DNA from: a virus
Strand: one strand, 5' to 3'
DNA length: 64,000 bases
IMG/VR virus record: IMGVR_UViG_3300050343_000163
In this document: one piece after another, positions 56,357 through 64,000 of the stretch
Layout: the number at the start of each line of letters is the position of its first letter
Position numbering within the stretch: the stretch's first letter is position 1
The notes under the pieces: generated by a model
What the model was told of the DNA's origin: nothing
The model's database searches: none
The model's input: only the letters and a program-made list of their open reading frames with translations
Made by a program: the position numbers and the translations under genes

Positions 56357-56641
56357 TTAGAAATCAAAATTCTTATTAAGTTCTTCCATAGCATCTTTCT
56401 TTCCTTTGAGCATACCGTCAATAAAACCAGAACGATATTCCCAAGTTTGTCCACCCTCTTTCCCTTTCATGGGATTGATGCACTGATCGTTTCCATGCTT
56501 ATTACAAACAAGACCAGCAAGATCAAGCTCACTAGAGTCAGATGAAGCTCCAGTGCCACGCCAGACATGTGTACCATTGATCCAAGTTGCTCCACATTTT
56601 TCACATTCTTTTCTTTCCAGTTTTAAATTTGAAAATTCCAT
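56357..56641 (-). CDS. Hypothetical Cys-rich protein
   Basis: CEKC...GLVCN...CINP. Confidence 0.7.
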   Translation of the reverse strand: MEFSNLKLERKECEKCGATWINGTHVWRGTGASSDSSELDLAGLVCNKHGNDQCINPMKGKEGGQTWEYRSGFIDGMLKGKKDAMEELNKNFDF

Positions 56642-56643
56642 AA

Positions 56644-56874
56644 TTACTCCTGTGCTTCAATATGAGTGAAAGTATAATCAGCAAGCATAGCAAATAATTG
56701 TTGCTTGATCATATGTAAATATTCTTGCTCTTCAGCGGGACGTGCAGGGGAGCCTGGCCACATTTCCAAAGAATAGCAGACTACAGAGTATAATGACTTA
56801 ACGTCATGTATACCCATTCTAAATTCGCAATACCAATCCTCATCATAATCATAATTAGGATTTGTATTATTCAT
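56644..56874 (-). CDS. Hypothetical protein
   Basis: 76 aa, ATGA-coupled. Confidence 0.65.
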   Translation of the reverse strand: MNNTNPNYDYDEDWYCEFRMGIHDVKSLYSVVCYSLEMWPGSPARPAEEQEYLHMIKQQLFAMLADYTFTHIEAQE

Positions 56875-57071
56875 TCGATGTACTTTTCGATAACCTCTAG
56901 TTGATCATGCCAGTGTGAAATAGCACTGACTTCAGCTTCTAATGCAGACATAACATCTGGATGTTCTCCAATTCCTACAGGATTTTGAAGATAAACTTCA
57001 ACATTAATTTTATGTTTTTCAATTTGACCTAAGGCATGTTGCTTAAGTGCGCTAATCATTTTGTCTCTCAT
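56871..57071 (-). CDS. Hypothetical protein
   Basis: NPVGIGEHPD motif; GTAAATA upstream. Confidence 0.7.
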   Translation of the reverse strand: MRDKMISALKQHALGQIEKHKINVEVYLQNPVGIGEHPDVMSALEAEVSAISHWHDQLEVIEKYIE

Positions 57072-57076
57072 ATTAT

Positions 57077-57538
57077 TTACTCTGTTAAAGTACCATGTTG
57101 TCTACGAATTTCGCGAAGTGCTTCTAAGTTCATATCTTTAGTGCCTCCGTCGTATGCATGAGCGAAACCTTCTGTAATCATTTGCTCGTTAAGGGACACA
57201 CTGTCGTCCCCAATGTAAAGCCAACCCAGAAGACGCCCGTATTTGCCAGTGCCACCAACAAGTTCAGTCCTAACAGACAACTCATCATCACCAGCCAACG
57301 TGCCTTCGAGTTTCTCTTTGAGCCAGTTGGTTGCGTCGATTCCAAGTGCTTTCTCCTCTAGATTTCTCGTCCTTTTCTCTGGCGTATCAACTCCTGCAAC
57401 TCTAACTCTTTCTTTCTTGTATAAATCAAACCCGAGGTCAATAGTGACATCGATAGTATCACCGTCAAGAACACGATTGATCTCCGTCACTCGGAAGTTG
57501 TAGCAGGACTTCCTGCTCGGTGGTGTCATTGCTCCCAT
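57077..57538 (-). CDS. Thermonuclease (SNase-like) nuclease
   Basis: VLDGDTI, RVAGVDTPE, KYGRLLG motifs. Confidence 0.88.
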   Translation of the reverse strand: MGAMTPPSRKSCYNFRVTEINRVLDGDTIDVTIDLGFDLYKKERVRVAGVDTPEKRTRNLEEKALGIDATNWLKEKLEGTLAGDDELSVRTELVGGTGKYGRLLGWLYIGDDSVSLNEQMITEGFAHAYDGGTKDMNLEALREIRRQHGTLTE

Positions 57539-57674
57539 CTTTTAATTCTGCAAAAGCTTGTCTTAGTATGTATATGACATAACCTAGTGCCATTCCAACA
57601 GCAATGATTACCATGATAATCACTGACCATACAGGATTATTGGCGTTCTCAAGTGGTCGTAGTAATAAATTCAT
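57465..57674 (-). CDS. Small membrane protein
   Basis: Single TM segment, ATGA-coupled. Confidence 0.6.
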   Translation of the reverse strand: MNLLLRPLENANNPVWSVIIMVIIAVGMALGYVIYILRQAFAELKDGSNDTTEQEVLLQLPSDGDQSCS

Positions 57675-57751
57675 TTCTTAACAGGCCAAGTAATTTCCAT
57701 TCCTATCGTGAGTAATAACACAAAAGAGAATACGAATATACCACTTATCAT
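57671..57751 (-). CDS. Micro-ORF membrane peptide (26 aa)
   Basis: MISGIFVFSFVLLLTIGMEITWPVKK; ATGA overlaps at both ends. Confidence 0.45.
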   Translation of the reverse strand: MISGIFVFSFVLLLTIGMEITWPVKK

Positions 57752-57909
57752 TTGTGTCCCTTTGCAAAAGGTTCCCAATGTTCCCATCCATGTTTATGGA
57801 CGAGATCCATTCCTATAATAGGAATTACTACTAATGACAAAGATAGAAATCCAAGTGACCATGAATTATCCATGGTGTGTCTAACAAATAATAAAATATG
57901 ATGTGTCAT
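57748..57909 (-). CDS. Small membrane peptide (53 aa)
   Basis: MTHHILLFVRHTMDNSWSLGFLSLSLVVIPIIG...HGWEHWEPF; ATGA-coupled. Confidence 0.55.
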   Translation of the reverse strand: MTHHILLFVRHTMDNSWSLGFLSLSLVVIPIIGMDLVHKHGWEHWEPFAKGHK

Positions 57910-58013
57910 CCTGCATATGCCATCGAAGGTACGTAAGCAATCATTGCTACAATTAATATCAACCACCATCCTTGTAGTAGATATTTAAATTTGAATGTTT
58001 TTGATTTATCCAT
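57906..58013 (-). CDS. Micro-ORF membrane peptide (35 aa)
   Basis: MDKSKTFKFKYLLQGWWLILIVAMIAYVPSMAYAG. Confidence 0.5.
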   Translation of the reverse strand: MDKSKTFKFKYLLQGWWLILIVAMIAYVPSMAYAG

Positions 58014-58023
58014 TATCAATATC

Positions 58024-58194
58024 CTATGGTTTGCAGTAGTCAATAAAATGAGGATGCGCTCTTAGGAGAGCTACATCCTCTTTTAAATTCTCTATGGCTT
58101 CATGTACGTCCATCGCATACCCACACATTTCGTGGTGAATATGTTGCTTGTCGTAATAACCAATTGTGTAATGCTTTTGTTGAGTCGGGGGCAT
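58024..58194 (-). CDS. Small His-rich protein (56 aa)
   Basis: MPPTQQKHYTIGYYDKQHIHHEMCGYA...HPHFIDYC; read by eye. Confidence 0.6.
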   Translation of the reverse strand: MPPTQQKHYTIGYYDKQHIHHEMCGYAMDVHEAIENLKEDVALLRAHPHFIDYCKP

Positions 58195-58275
58195 GATCTT
58201 TCAATCCCATACTAAATTTATATAGTATATCACATAAGTATTAATACGCAATTGTGTGTTGACTTACAAACACTA

Positions 58276-58782
58276 TTATAATGTTCCCCAGATAGCTACT
58301 TCATCCCATTTAGAATTAGGTGCAAGAGATCTAAAAATAGTAGAGCATACTCCCATAGCAACCTTTGATCCACTAACAACAATACTGTCATTAGAGGTAT
58401 CATAATCTATTAGTTGAATACCTAACTTAGATAACTCCTTGCTTCTTTTTGTGTAGTTTTTAAAATTAAAATTACAGTGGTTGATAATGATATCACCGTT
58501 CTCACAATGCTCTACCAAATCATTAATTGTTTTATCAATATTTTCTGGTGGTAGATTAATCATAAAAACAGCAGGAATTTTTCCAGCACCAGTATGTACT
58601 TTTCCATCATGATGGATTACTTGTGAAAGATATTCTAGTGTAGTAGTACATCCACTAAGATCTCCTTTCTCATAATATTCTTGGGTCTTATCATAATCAT
58701 TTGTATAACCCCATACTTCAATATCTTGTTTCATTATATCAGAGGATATTCCTCCAATAATTCCTATAAGTCCTACTTTCAT
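58276..58782 (-). pseudogene. gnd: Truncated, degenerate 6-phosphogluconate dehydrogenase (N-terminal domain only)
   Basis: MKVGLIG...IEVWGY..DY.K.QE.YEKG...GDIIINH.N.NFK...KLGIQ.ID..TS...VCS.IFR.LAP aligns with cyanophage Gnd. GxGxxG, DHGN and DCGTSGG are altered and the C-terminal domain is absent. The reading frame is intact. Confidence 0.7.
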
Positions 58783-59108
58783 GCACCCTTTACGTGAACA
58801 ACACCAGTCATACCTGCGCCCTGATGAGGACCACAGAAGAAGTTATAATCTCCTGCGTCAGCAAATACAACGTCCTGTGATTCTCCAGGAGCAAACAATA
58901 GTGCTTCTCTAGAAAGATCAGGGCGAGCTTCTACAATAATATTGTGAGGAGGTAGTGATTCATTGATAAAATGAACTGTGTCACCAGCAGAGATTGTGAT
59001 CTCATTTGGTGAGAATGCTAGGTTTCCATTAGCACCCATTGCTACATCTACTGCCCATACTGGCGCAGCAAAAAATAACACAACCAGAAACGTGATTAAA
59101 GCTTTCAT
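58779..59108 (-). CDS. petE: Plastocyanin
   Basis: Signal peptide, PPHN and CGPHQGAGM copper ligands. Confidence 0.95.
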   Translation of the reverse strand: MKALITFLVVLFFAAPVWAVDVAMGANGNLAFSPNEITISAGDTVHFINESLPPHNIIVEARPDLSREALLFAPGESQDVVFADAGDYNFFCGPHQGAGMTGVVHVKGA

Positions 59109-59272
59109 TTTGATACAGAATATTGTTCTTTATAAGTGTTAAGTTTCTGAATTAAGTCGTTATATTCATCCCACATGTATTCAGAACCTGTCTTCTCTTG
59201 ATAGAGTTGGCAGGCTTTAACTAAACGTGTGATGTCGCTATCGTTTAAACGCATTGTCATATCAGAACTCAT
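59105..59272 (-). CDS. Small hypothetical protein (55 aa)
   Basis: MSSDMTMRLNDSDITRLVKACQLYQEKTGSEYMWDEY...; ATGA-coupled to petE. Confidence 0.6.
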   Translation of the reverse strand: MSSDMTMRLNDSDITRLVKACQLYQEKTGSEYMWDEYNDLIQKLNTYKEQYSVSK

Positions 59273-59333
59273 AATGTAATTATAGATTGTGTGGGTAAAA
59301 TTGCTTTATTTTAACATACTTTTAATAAGTATG

Positions 59334-59648
59334 TCAGCAATTCCACGCACGTAATGATTTGTTGATCCTACTATCAGGATCACTGGCAGTTTTCTTTGAA
59401 GTTAATTTCTTTTTCATTCCTTTCATTCGAGCGCAAAACGATGCCCTACGGGGATTTCCAGCCTTCTTGCTTGGTGCCTTGAGGTCAGATCCTGGATTTT
59501 CCTTCTCGTAAGACTTTCGTCCTTTCTCGTTAAGTCCACCTTCTTTTGATTTGCCAGCCTTTTTTGTCCAGGCTGCACTTTCTAAAATCTCGTTCTCCTG
59601 AGCTTTGGCAGACTCAGCGAGTCTTTTAAATTCTTCGTATTTTTTCAT
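59334..59648 (-). CDS. Conserved basic late protein
   Basis: AAWTKK.GK..EGGLN.KGR.SY...RRASFCARM...SLRAWNC; CTAAATA at 59673-59679. Confidence 0.75.
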   Translation of the reverse strand: MKKYEEFKRLAESAKAQENEILESAAWTKKAGKSKEGGLNEKGRKSYEKENPGSDLKAPSKKAGNPRRASFCARMKGMKKKLTSKKTASDPDSRINKSLRAWNC

Positions 59649-59675
59649 ACCAAGTATCAGGGTTAACTGGATTAT

Positions 59676-60083
59676 TTAGCGTTTTCCACCACTCATATCT
59701 TTTAACATCTTCTGTAGTTCTGATGTAGAACCTACAAACATAGCATTATTAGTAACCTTAGATGGACCTTTCTTTTCTTCGTCTAAGTCTTTCATATTCT
59801 TATGCAACGCTTGAAGTTTCTCTGTCATGTCTGCGACGTGCTTCATTGCCGCTACAGCGACTTCATACGCTCTTGGGTGCCCTGACTCCTGAGCAACCTC
59901 TAAAGCGCCTCTGACCGCCTCCTGACCCTGATCTATGAGTGAGTACAATTCTCCGCGAGTATATTCATAGTCTTTTGTTTGATCATCCTTGTCATTTTTA
60001 TGACCCGCAGGTTTGATAGGTTGCGACTCAACATCAACACTGATGTTTAGCATCTCCTCCATGTTATCTTCTAAGCTACTCAT
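59676..60083 (-). CDS. g16: Terminase small subunit (gp16)
   Basis: DYEYTRG.LY, HPRAYEV, NNAMFVGSTSELQK. Confidence 0.95.
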   Translation of the reverse strand: MSSLEDNMEEMLNISVDVESQPIKPAGHKNDKDDQTKDYEYTRGELYSLIDQGQEAVRGALEVAQESGHPRAYEVAVAAMKHVADMTEKLQALHKNMKDLDEEKKGPSKVTNNAMFVGSTSELQKMLKDMSGGKR

Positions 60084-60880
60084 AATATCTGAATCCCTTC
60101 ATTAAATCCAAAGTCATCACCAGAGTCTAACAATGCAGTATCTGCTGCATCAATATTACCATCAGTATTAATATCTGTTTTGGCAACTGGTGTATATGTT
60201 CGTGTAATTGCTCTACGATTAACTGCAGCATCACCAAGTGTTTCATGAATGATTGCTTTCTTAATAACGTCAGCAGTATTGTAAGGACCGTACAGATAAG
60301 ACTTCATTGTAAAGTTGAGAGTATAGATGATATATCTACGCTCATAAAAACTGTCATCCCATTCATCTTCGTAGCTAACATTGTTCAGAACAATAGCAAT
60401 ATCTCTTTTCTCATCCATATCAGGAATCATATTGAGAGTTATAGAAAATGATGGTTGAAAGTATGGTAAGATTTGTTCAGTAATTTGTAATGCATCATCT
60501 TGAGATTTTGCCATTACTCCTAATTCAAAACTTAAATTATAAGGAACAGGCACATACTGCACTCTTACTTCACCACCATTACCATCAATGATAGTTTTGT
60601 ATTTTTGAATTGGAGATGTCTTACGAGTTGAATCATAGTCAATACTAGTCATCTCAAAATACAATCTTGGTAAAGTGATTGCTACTTTTCTATTAGATGC
60701 GTTCTCTTCTAGTCTAACAATAAACTTTTGTTTAGGACCATATGCCAATGGTACTTTTAATTCTTCTAAAACAGAACCATCGCTAGGATCTGTACTCTTC
60801 ATAGTAATATTATTGAAGAGCGTACCAAACGCTACAATGTTCTTGCGAACAATTTGATTATAAAAATGTGATCCTAACAT
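60080..60880 (-). CDS. g15: Tail sheath stabiliser (gp15)
   Basis: AFGTLFN, VPLAYGP, LPRLYFE, EQILPYFQP. Confidence 0.95.
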   Translation of the reverse strand: MLGSHFYNQIVRKNIVAFGTLFNNITMKSTDPSDGSVLEELKVPLAYGPKQKFIVRLEENASNRKVAITLPRLYFEMTSIDYDSTRKTSPIQKYKTIIDGNGGEVRVQYVPVPYNLSFELGVMAKSQDDALQITEQILPYFQPSFSITLNMIPDMDEKRDIAIVLNNVSYEDEWDDSFYERRYIIYTLNFTMKSYLYGPYNTADVIKKAIIHETLGDAAVNRRAITRTYTPVAKTDINTDGNIDAADTALLDSGDDFGFNEGIQIL

Positions 60881-62004
60881 TAGATACTACCTGTAAAATT
60901 ACCAAATTCACCAAATGGGTTTCCTTCACTCCAATCTACGATATTGTCAGCATCATTTTCGATCTGTCTATTTTGATCGTAGTTGCTGTTGACGTTATTT
61001 AGAGTGTCGAAAGTTTCTGGACTCCACTTAGCACCTGAAGTTAAACCAGTGATTACTTCAGCAGTGGTGAATGTTCCAGTTCTATTGATGACTGACAGAG
61101 CTCTGGTTGTGCTATCCCAAGACTTGACTTCTGCTCTATTGTCTTTAGGTGAGTAATCAATAGTAATAGTAGGAGCGGAGGTATAACCACTACCTGCACT
61201 AGTGATAGTAATACCATTGACGATACCAGTGCTACTAACTGTTGCAGTCGCTGTTGCACCTGTACCTCCTCCTCCAGTGATAGTTACTGATGGTGGCGTA
61301 GCAACTTTGTAATGTGCTCCACCATCTGAAATTGTAATACTTGTTACAGCATCTCCTGTGATAGCAGATGTTGCTTTTGCTAAGAACTCATCACCAACAA
61401 CTTCCTCACCTACTGTGAAGTCTCCTGAACCACCAGGATCCATTACCAGTTTGATTGCATTGTCAAAGAGTTGTTCTATTGCATCAATCTCAGTAATTCC
61501 AGTATCAAAGTCATCACTACCAACCTCATAGATCTCAGCAGTGATAGCATAGAATTGGATCTTACCAAATTGGAAGAATGGTTCTTCCTTACCAACAAAT
61601 TTAATTTCGTAAATGTCTTGTGTTAATGGGAAGTACAGTAAGTCCCCTTCATTAGGTCTAGAACTTACTGTGAGATTGGGATTATGATCTGCTACCTCTT
61701 CATCCCAACGTCTTGTAGACACACGGAAGATAATTTCGTCTGTAATTCTTAAACCGAACTTGGAGATGAACTCAGAGTTGTCACCAAAACCCATGACGTT
61801 CTGTAACAACATCTCAATTTGGAATTGTTCTTGATACTTAGTGTATCTAACTTCATCCAGAGTGCTGTCTTGTAGAACTATCTTGGGGATATAGTAAATA
61901 TCTGTACCAAACAGTTTGATTTGCTCATCCACAAGATCCTGAACGAGACCTTGTTCGCCACTGTGACCTTGATAGTATGTTGGAAAATAGGAACTGGTAG
62001 GCAT
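60880..62004 (-). CDS. g14: Neck protein (gp14)
   Basis: EQIKLFG...SKFGL...RPNEGDLLYFP, NPFGEF. Confidence 0.93.
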   Translation of the reverse strand: MPTSSYFPTYYQGHSGEQGLVQDLVDEQIKLFGTDIYYIPKIVLQDSTLDEVRYTKYQEQFQIEMLLQNVMGFGDNSEFISKFGLRITDEIIFRVSTRRWDEEVADHNPNLTVSSRPNEGDLLYFPLTQDIYEIKFVGKEEPFFQFGKIQFYAITAEIYEVGSDDFDTGITEIDAIEQLFDNAIKLVMDPGGSGDFTVGEEVVGDEFLAKATSAITGDAVTSITISDGGAHYKVATPPSVTITGGGGTGATATATVSSTGIVNGITITSAGSGYTSAPTITIDYSPKDNRAEVKSWDSTTRALSVINRTGTFTTAEVITGLTSGAKWSPETFDTLNNVNSNYDQNRQIENDADNIVDWSEGNPFGEFGNFTGSI

Positions 62005-62005
62005 T

Positions 62006-62818
62006 TTATCCGATCATATCCATAGGGGGAATTGCATACTTACTGAGAACTTCGCTTTCGATTTTCTCAATTTCTGCTAGTGCGTCTGTATATAACTCTC
62101 TACCGTTAAGCGTGATGCCGCCAGGTAACTGAACGTTGTTGTACTTAATTAAGTTCTGACCCCACTGCTTCTTTAACAAAGCTGTGGCATACCGTTTAAC
62201 AAACAAATCATTGTACATCTCAGTAGCATCATTGGGGTCAATCATGCGATGACATTCAATAAGGATATTAGATTCTTTTTTCAAGAAATCCTTATCTAGA
62301 TCCATATAAAGACGATCACGACGTGCTGTGAATCTAAACTGCTGGAAACTTCCATTGTTTAGAACCATATCTAGAGTTTCTAGATATTGCTTAGTCATAT
62401 AATAGTTGAGGATATCAAGTGATCCAAATGCATAGAGATCATTCAGGAACATTTGATACTCAATACCAAATAGATTTGAACGGATTGAGTTACTGACAAG
62501 ACCAAATACTTTACTAATACCAGTTACATGGGATGGTATAGGTATATAATTTGTAGTCTCTTTCCAAGTTACAGTATCGGCCCCATCTGTTTTGGTTGTG
62601 GATACACTAGCTGCAAACCTAGTTTTATCGTCTTCAGTTAATTCGTGATATAAAAAAGCACGCTCCATACCGTTGTAACAGTTCTCTTGAAAAAACTGAA
62701 CGGTATCATCAATTACATTATTTACCTGTTCGTCATCAACATTAACCTGCAATACAGGTTCACCCAATTGCCTCTTGCAATATGTGATGAGATCAGCTCT
62801 TGAGTTTGGAGATGCCAT
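62006..62818 (-). CDS. g13: Neck protein (gp13)
   Basis: YCKRQLGEPV, KQWGQNLIKY, LPGGITLNG. CTAAATA at 62844-62850. Confidence 0.95.
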   Translation of the reverse strand: MASPNSRADLITYCKRQLGEPVLQVNVDDEQVNNVIDDTVQFFQENCYNGMERAFLYHELTEDDKTRFAASVSTTKTDGADTVTWKETTNYIPIPSHVTGISKVFGLVSNSIRSNLFGIEYQMFLNDLYAFGSLDILNYYMTKQYLETLDMVLNNGSFQQFRFTARRDRLYMDLDKDFLKKESNILIECHRMIDPNDATEMYNDLFVKRYATALLKKQWGQNLIKYNNVQLPGGITLNGRELYTDALAEIEKIESEVLSKYAIPPMDMIG

Positions 62819-62846
62819 TACACACAAAAAATCCCTTCGTTCCTAT

Positions 62847-63068
62847 TTAGGAAGGTTCGATGCTTGCAGGTGATGCTTCAGTAGGAGGTTCTGTAGGTTC
62901 TTCCTGTCCCTCTCCAGAAAGTAATCCAATAGTCTCTAGACCACCTTCTAGTTTAATTTTATATTCTTTTGCTTTCGCTAAGTTTGTTTCCAGTTCGCCA
63001 ATTTGCTTTACAGTAGTAGCAATTTGTTCTTCAAAATTCTTTTTGAGTTGTTCGGGATCCATGGTCAT
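62847..63068 (-). CDS. Small coiled-coil late protein
   Basis: GATAAATA at 63096-63103. Confidence 0.65.
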   Translation of the reverse strand: MTMDPEQLKKNFEEQIATTVKQIGELETNLAKAKEYKIKLEGGLETIGLLSGEGQEEPTEPPTEASPASIEPS

Positions 63069-63101
63069 TATTATCAAATATGATATTGTATACTGTATTT
63101 A

Positions 63102-63743
63102 TCATGTTGGAGAAACCCTATATGAATACTTATCATCAACAATTAATGAAGGCATGAAATTCATAGAGATAGAAACTCTACCATCTTTTCTGTTATCAGA
63201 ATAACCATGGGTAAGATTAGATTGCCATAGCATCACCTCTCCTTCAGAAGGGTGCATGATAACATCACAGTTATATTTCCCTAGCTTATTCATGTCTGGT
63301 AGCAATGAAATTGATGGTGCTTGTGAATGAGTAGAACCATCTGGATGTCTGAAAAATAATGGTGCATGTCCTTCTTCATGACAAACATAATATGTTCCAG
63401 ATATAAATGCATTAGTATGAAAATGTGGATACTGACTTCCACCAGTATCACATAAATTTAACCAGCTATCAGTAATAATCATTCTCTCAGGAAGATCATA
63501 TCCCAAATCATCAGCAACAAAAGAAGTACATTGATCTTCTAACCACTGTTTAAATTCTGACATTTCTTTTCTGTGTAGAAATGATCTACCAGATGTATTG
63601 TCGTAATGATGTAGGTTGTTATCCATTGCATTAGTGATCATATTTTCACCTGTCATCATGTCGATAATTTCTTTCTTTACAACATCACTATTTGGGTAAA
63701 GTTCTCTACCAATAACTTTAGGAAAAATATCAATTAAATTCAT
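63102..63743 (-). CDS. 2OG-Fe(II) oxygenase (TIGR02466-like)
   Basis: DSWLN...HFH.NAFISG.YY...GEVMLWQS.L.HG...RVSISMN. Confidence 0.85.
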   Translation of the reverse strand: MNLIDIFPKVIGRELYPNSDVVKKEIIDMMTGENMITNAMDNNLHHYDNTSGRSFLHRKEMSEFKQWLEDQCTSFVADDLGYDLPERMIITDSWLNLCDTGGSQYPHFHTNAFISGTYYVCHEEGHAPLFFRHPDGSTHSQAPSISLLPDMNKLGKYNCDVIMHPSEGEVMLWQSNLTHGYSDNRKDGRVSISMNFMPSLIVDDKYSYRVSPT

Positions 63744-64000
63744 TATTTTTTTAATACAAAAATGTTTATTCCATTCCACCAAGAATTTGTATCTTCAATT
63801 TCACCAGTAAGAATACTTCTTTCATACAAAACTGTAATCTTATTCTCTTCAATAAAATCTTTTGTCGATGTCAATACACCATCAAGGTTTGCATCATCAA
63901 CCACTAATATAAATTCATTCTCTGTATATTGAAGAATGTGATTTAAACAACTTCTCTGTACATTCAATTCATGATCTGCGTCATAAAAAATAGTATTTAC
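63743..64000 (-). CDS. Class I SAM-dependent methyltransferase-like protein, C-terminal part (runs off window end)
   Basis: The frame is open to 64000: IFYDADH...ILVVDDAN...WWNG. Confidence 0.6.
   Translation of the reverse strand, partial: VNTIFYDADHELNVQRSCLNHILQYTENEFILVVDDANLDGVLTSTKDFIEENKITVLYERSILTGEIEDTNSWWNGINIFVLKK

Noticed and set aside
58255-58285. + strand TTGACT...TATAAT promoter-like sequence
   Set aside because: The spacer is only 12 nt, which is incompatible with sigma70 geometry.
724-62000. Numerous + strand ORFs of 60-174 aa (e.g. 23655-24143, 26514-27038, 38871-39302, 50481-50879)
   Set aside because: All lie antisense to well-supported minus-strand genes and lack SD sequences or motifs, as expected for shadows of coding sequence.
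1-64000. CRISPR array or mini-array
   Set aside because: No regularly spaced direct repeats with unique spacers were seen. The repeats present are coding modules in fibre genes.

Overview
This window is a 64 kb segment of a T4-like marine cyanophage (cyanomyovirus, Kyanoviridae-like). Essentially every real gene is on the minus strand. Read in transcription direction (right to left) it holds: a partial SAM methyltransferase and 2OG-Fe(II) oxygenase; neck, tail and packaging genes g13-g16; a variable island (petE, a truncated and degenerate gnd, tiny membrane peptides, an SNase-like nuclease); g17-g23, g3, uvsY, uvsW, g55, g47, g46; a vWA-peptidase plus MoxR/CobS-like ATPase; g45, g44, dam, g62, regA, hsp20, g43, uvsX; an inserted MvaI/BcnI-family endonuclease plus N4/N6 methyltransferase; g41, mazG; a PD-(D/E)xK-like ORF gated by an RBS-sequestering hairpin; a ligase-like KxDG protein paired with an NMNAT-like nucleotidyltransferase; late hypothetical genes; g61, nrdA, nrdB; tandem pebS and pcyA; GIY-YIG and SleB-like genes; three tRNAs; talC, glutaredoxin, a Phd-like protein, a DUF401-like transporter; a probable wcaG-type RNA; and fibre genes. 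The strongest candidate for an undescribed system is the phage-borne restriction-modification-like cassette, which has its own phage-type promoter and sits in a genome where I saw no CCGG. All family assignments come from motif recognition by eye. No database searches or computed motif counts were run. Several start codons were moved from the ORF track to the ATGA/TAATG-coupled or SD-supported start.
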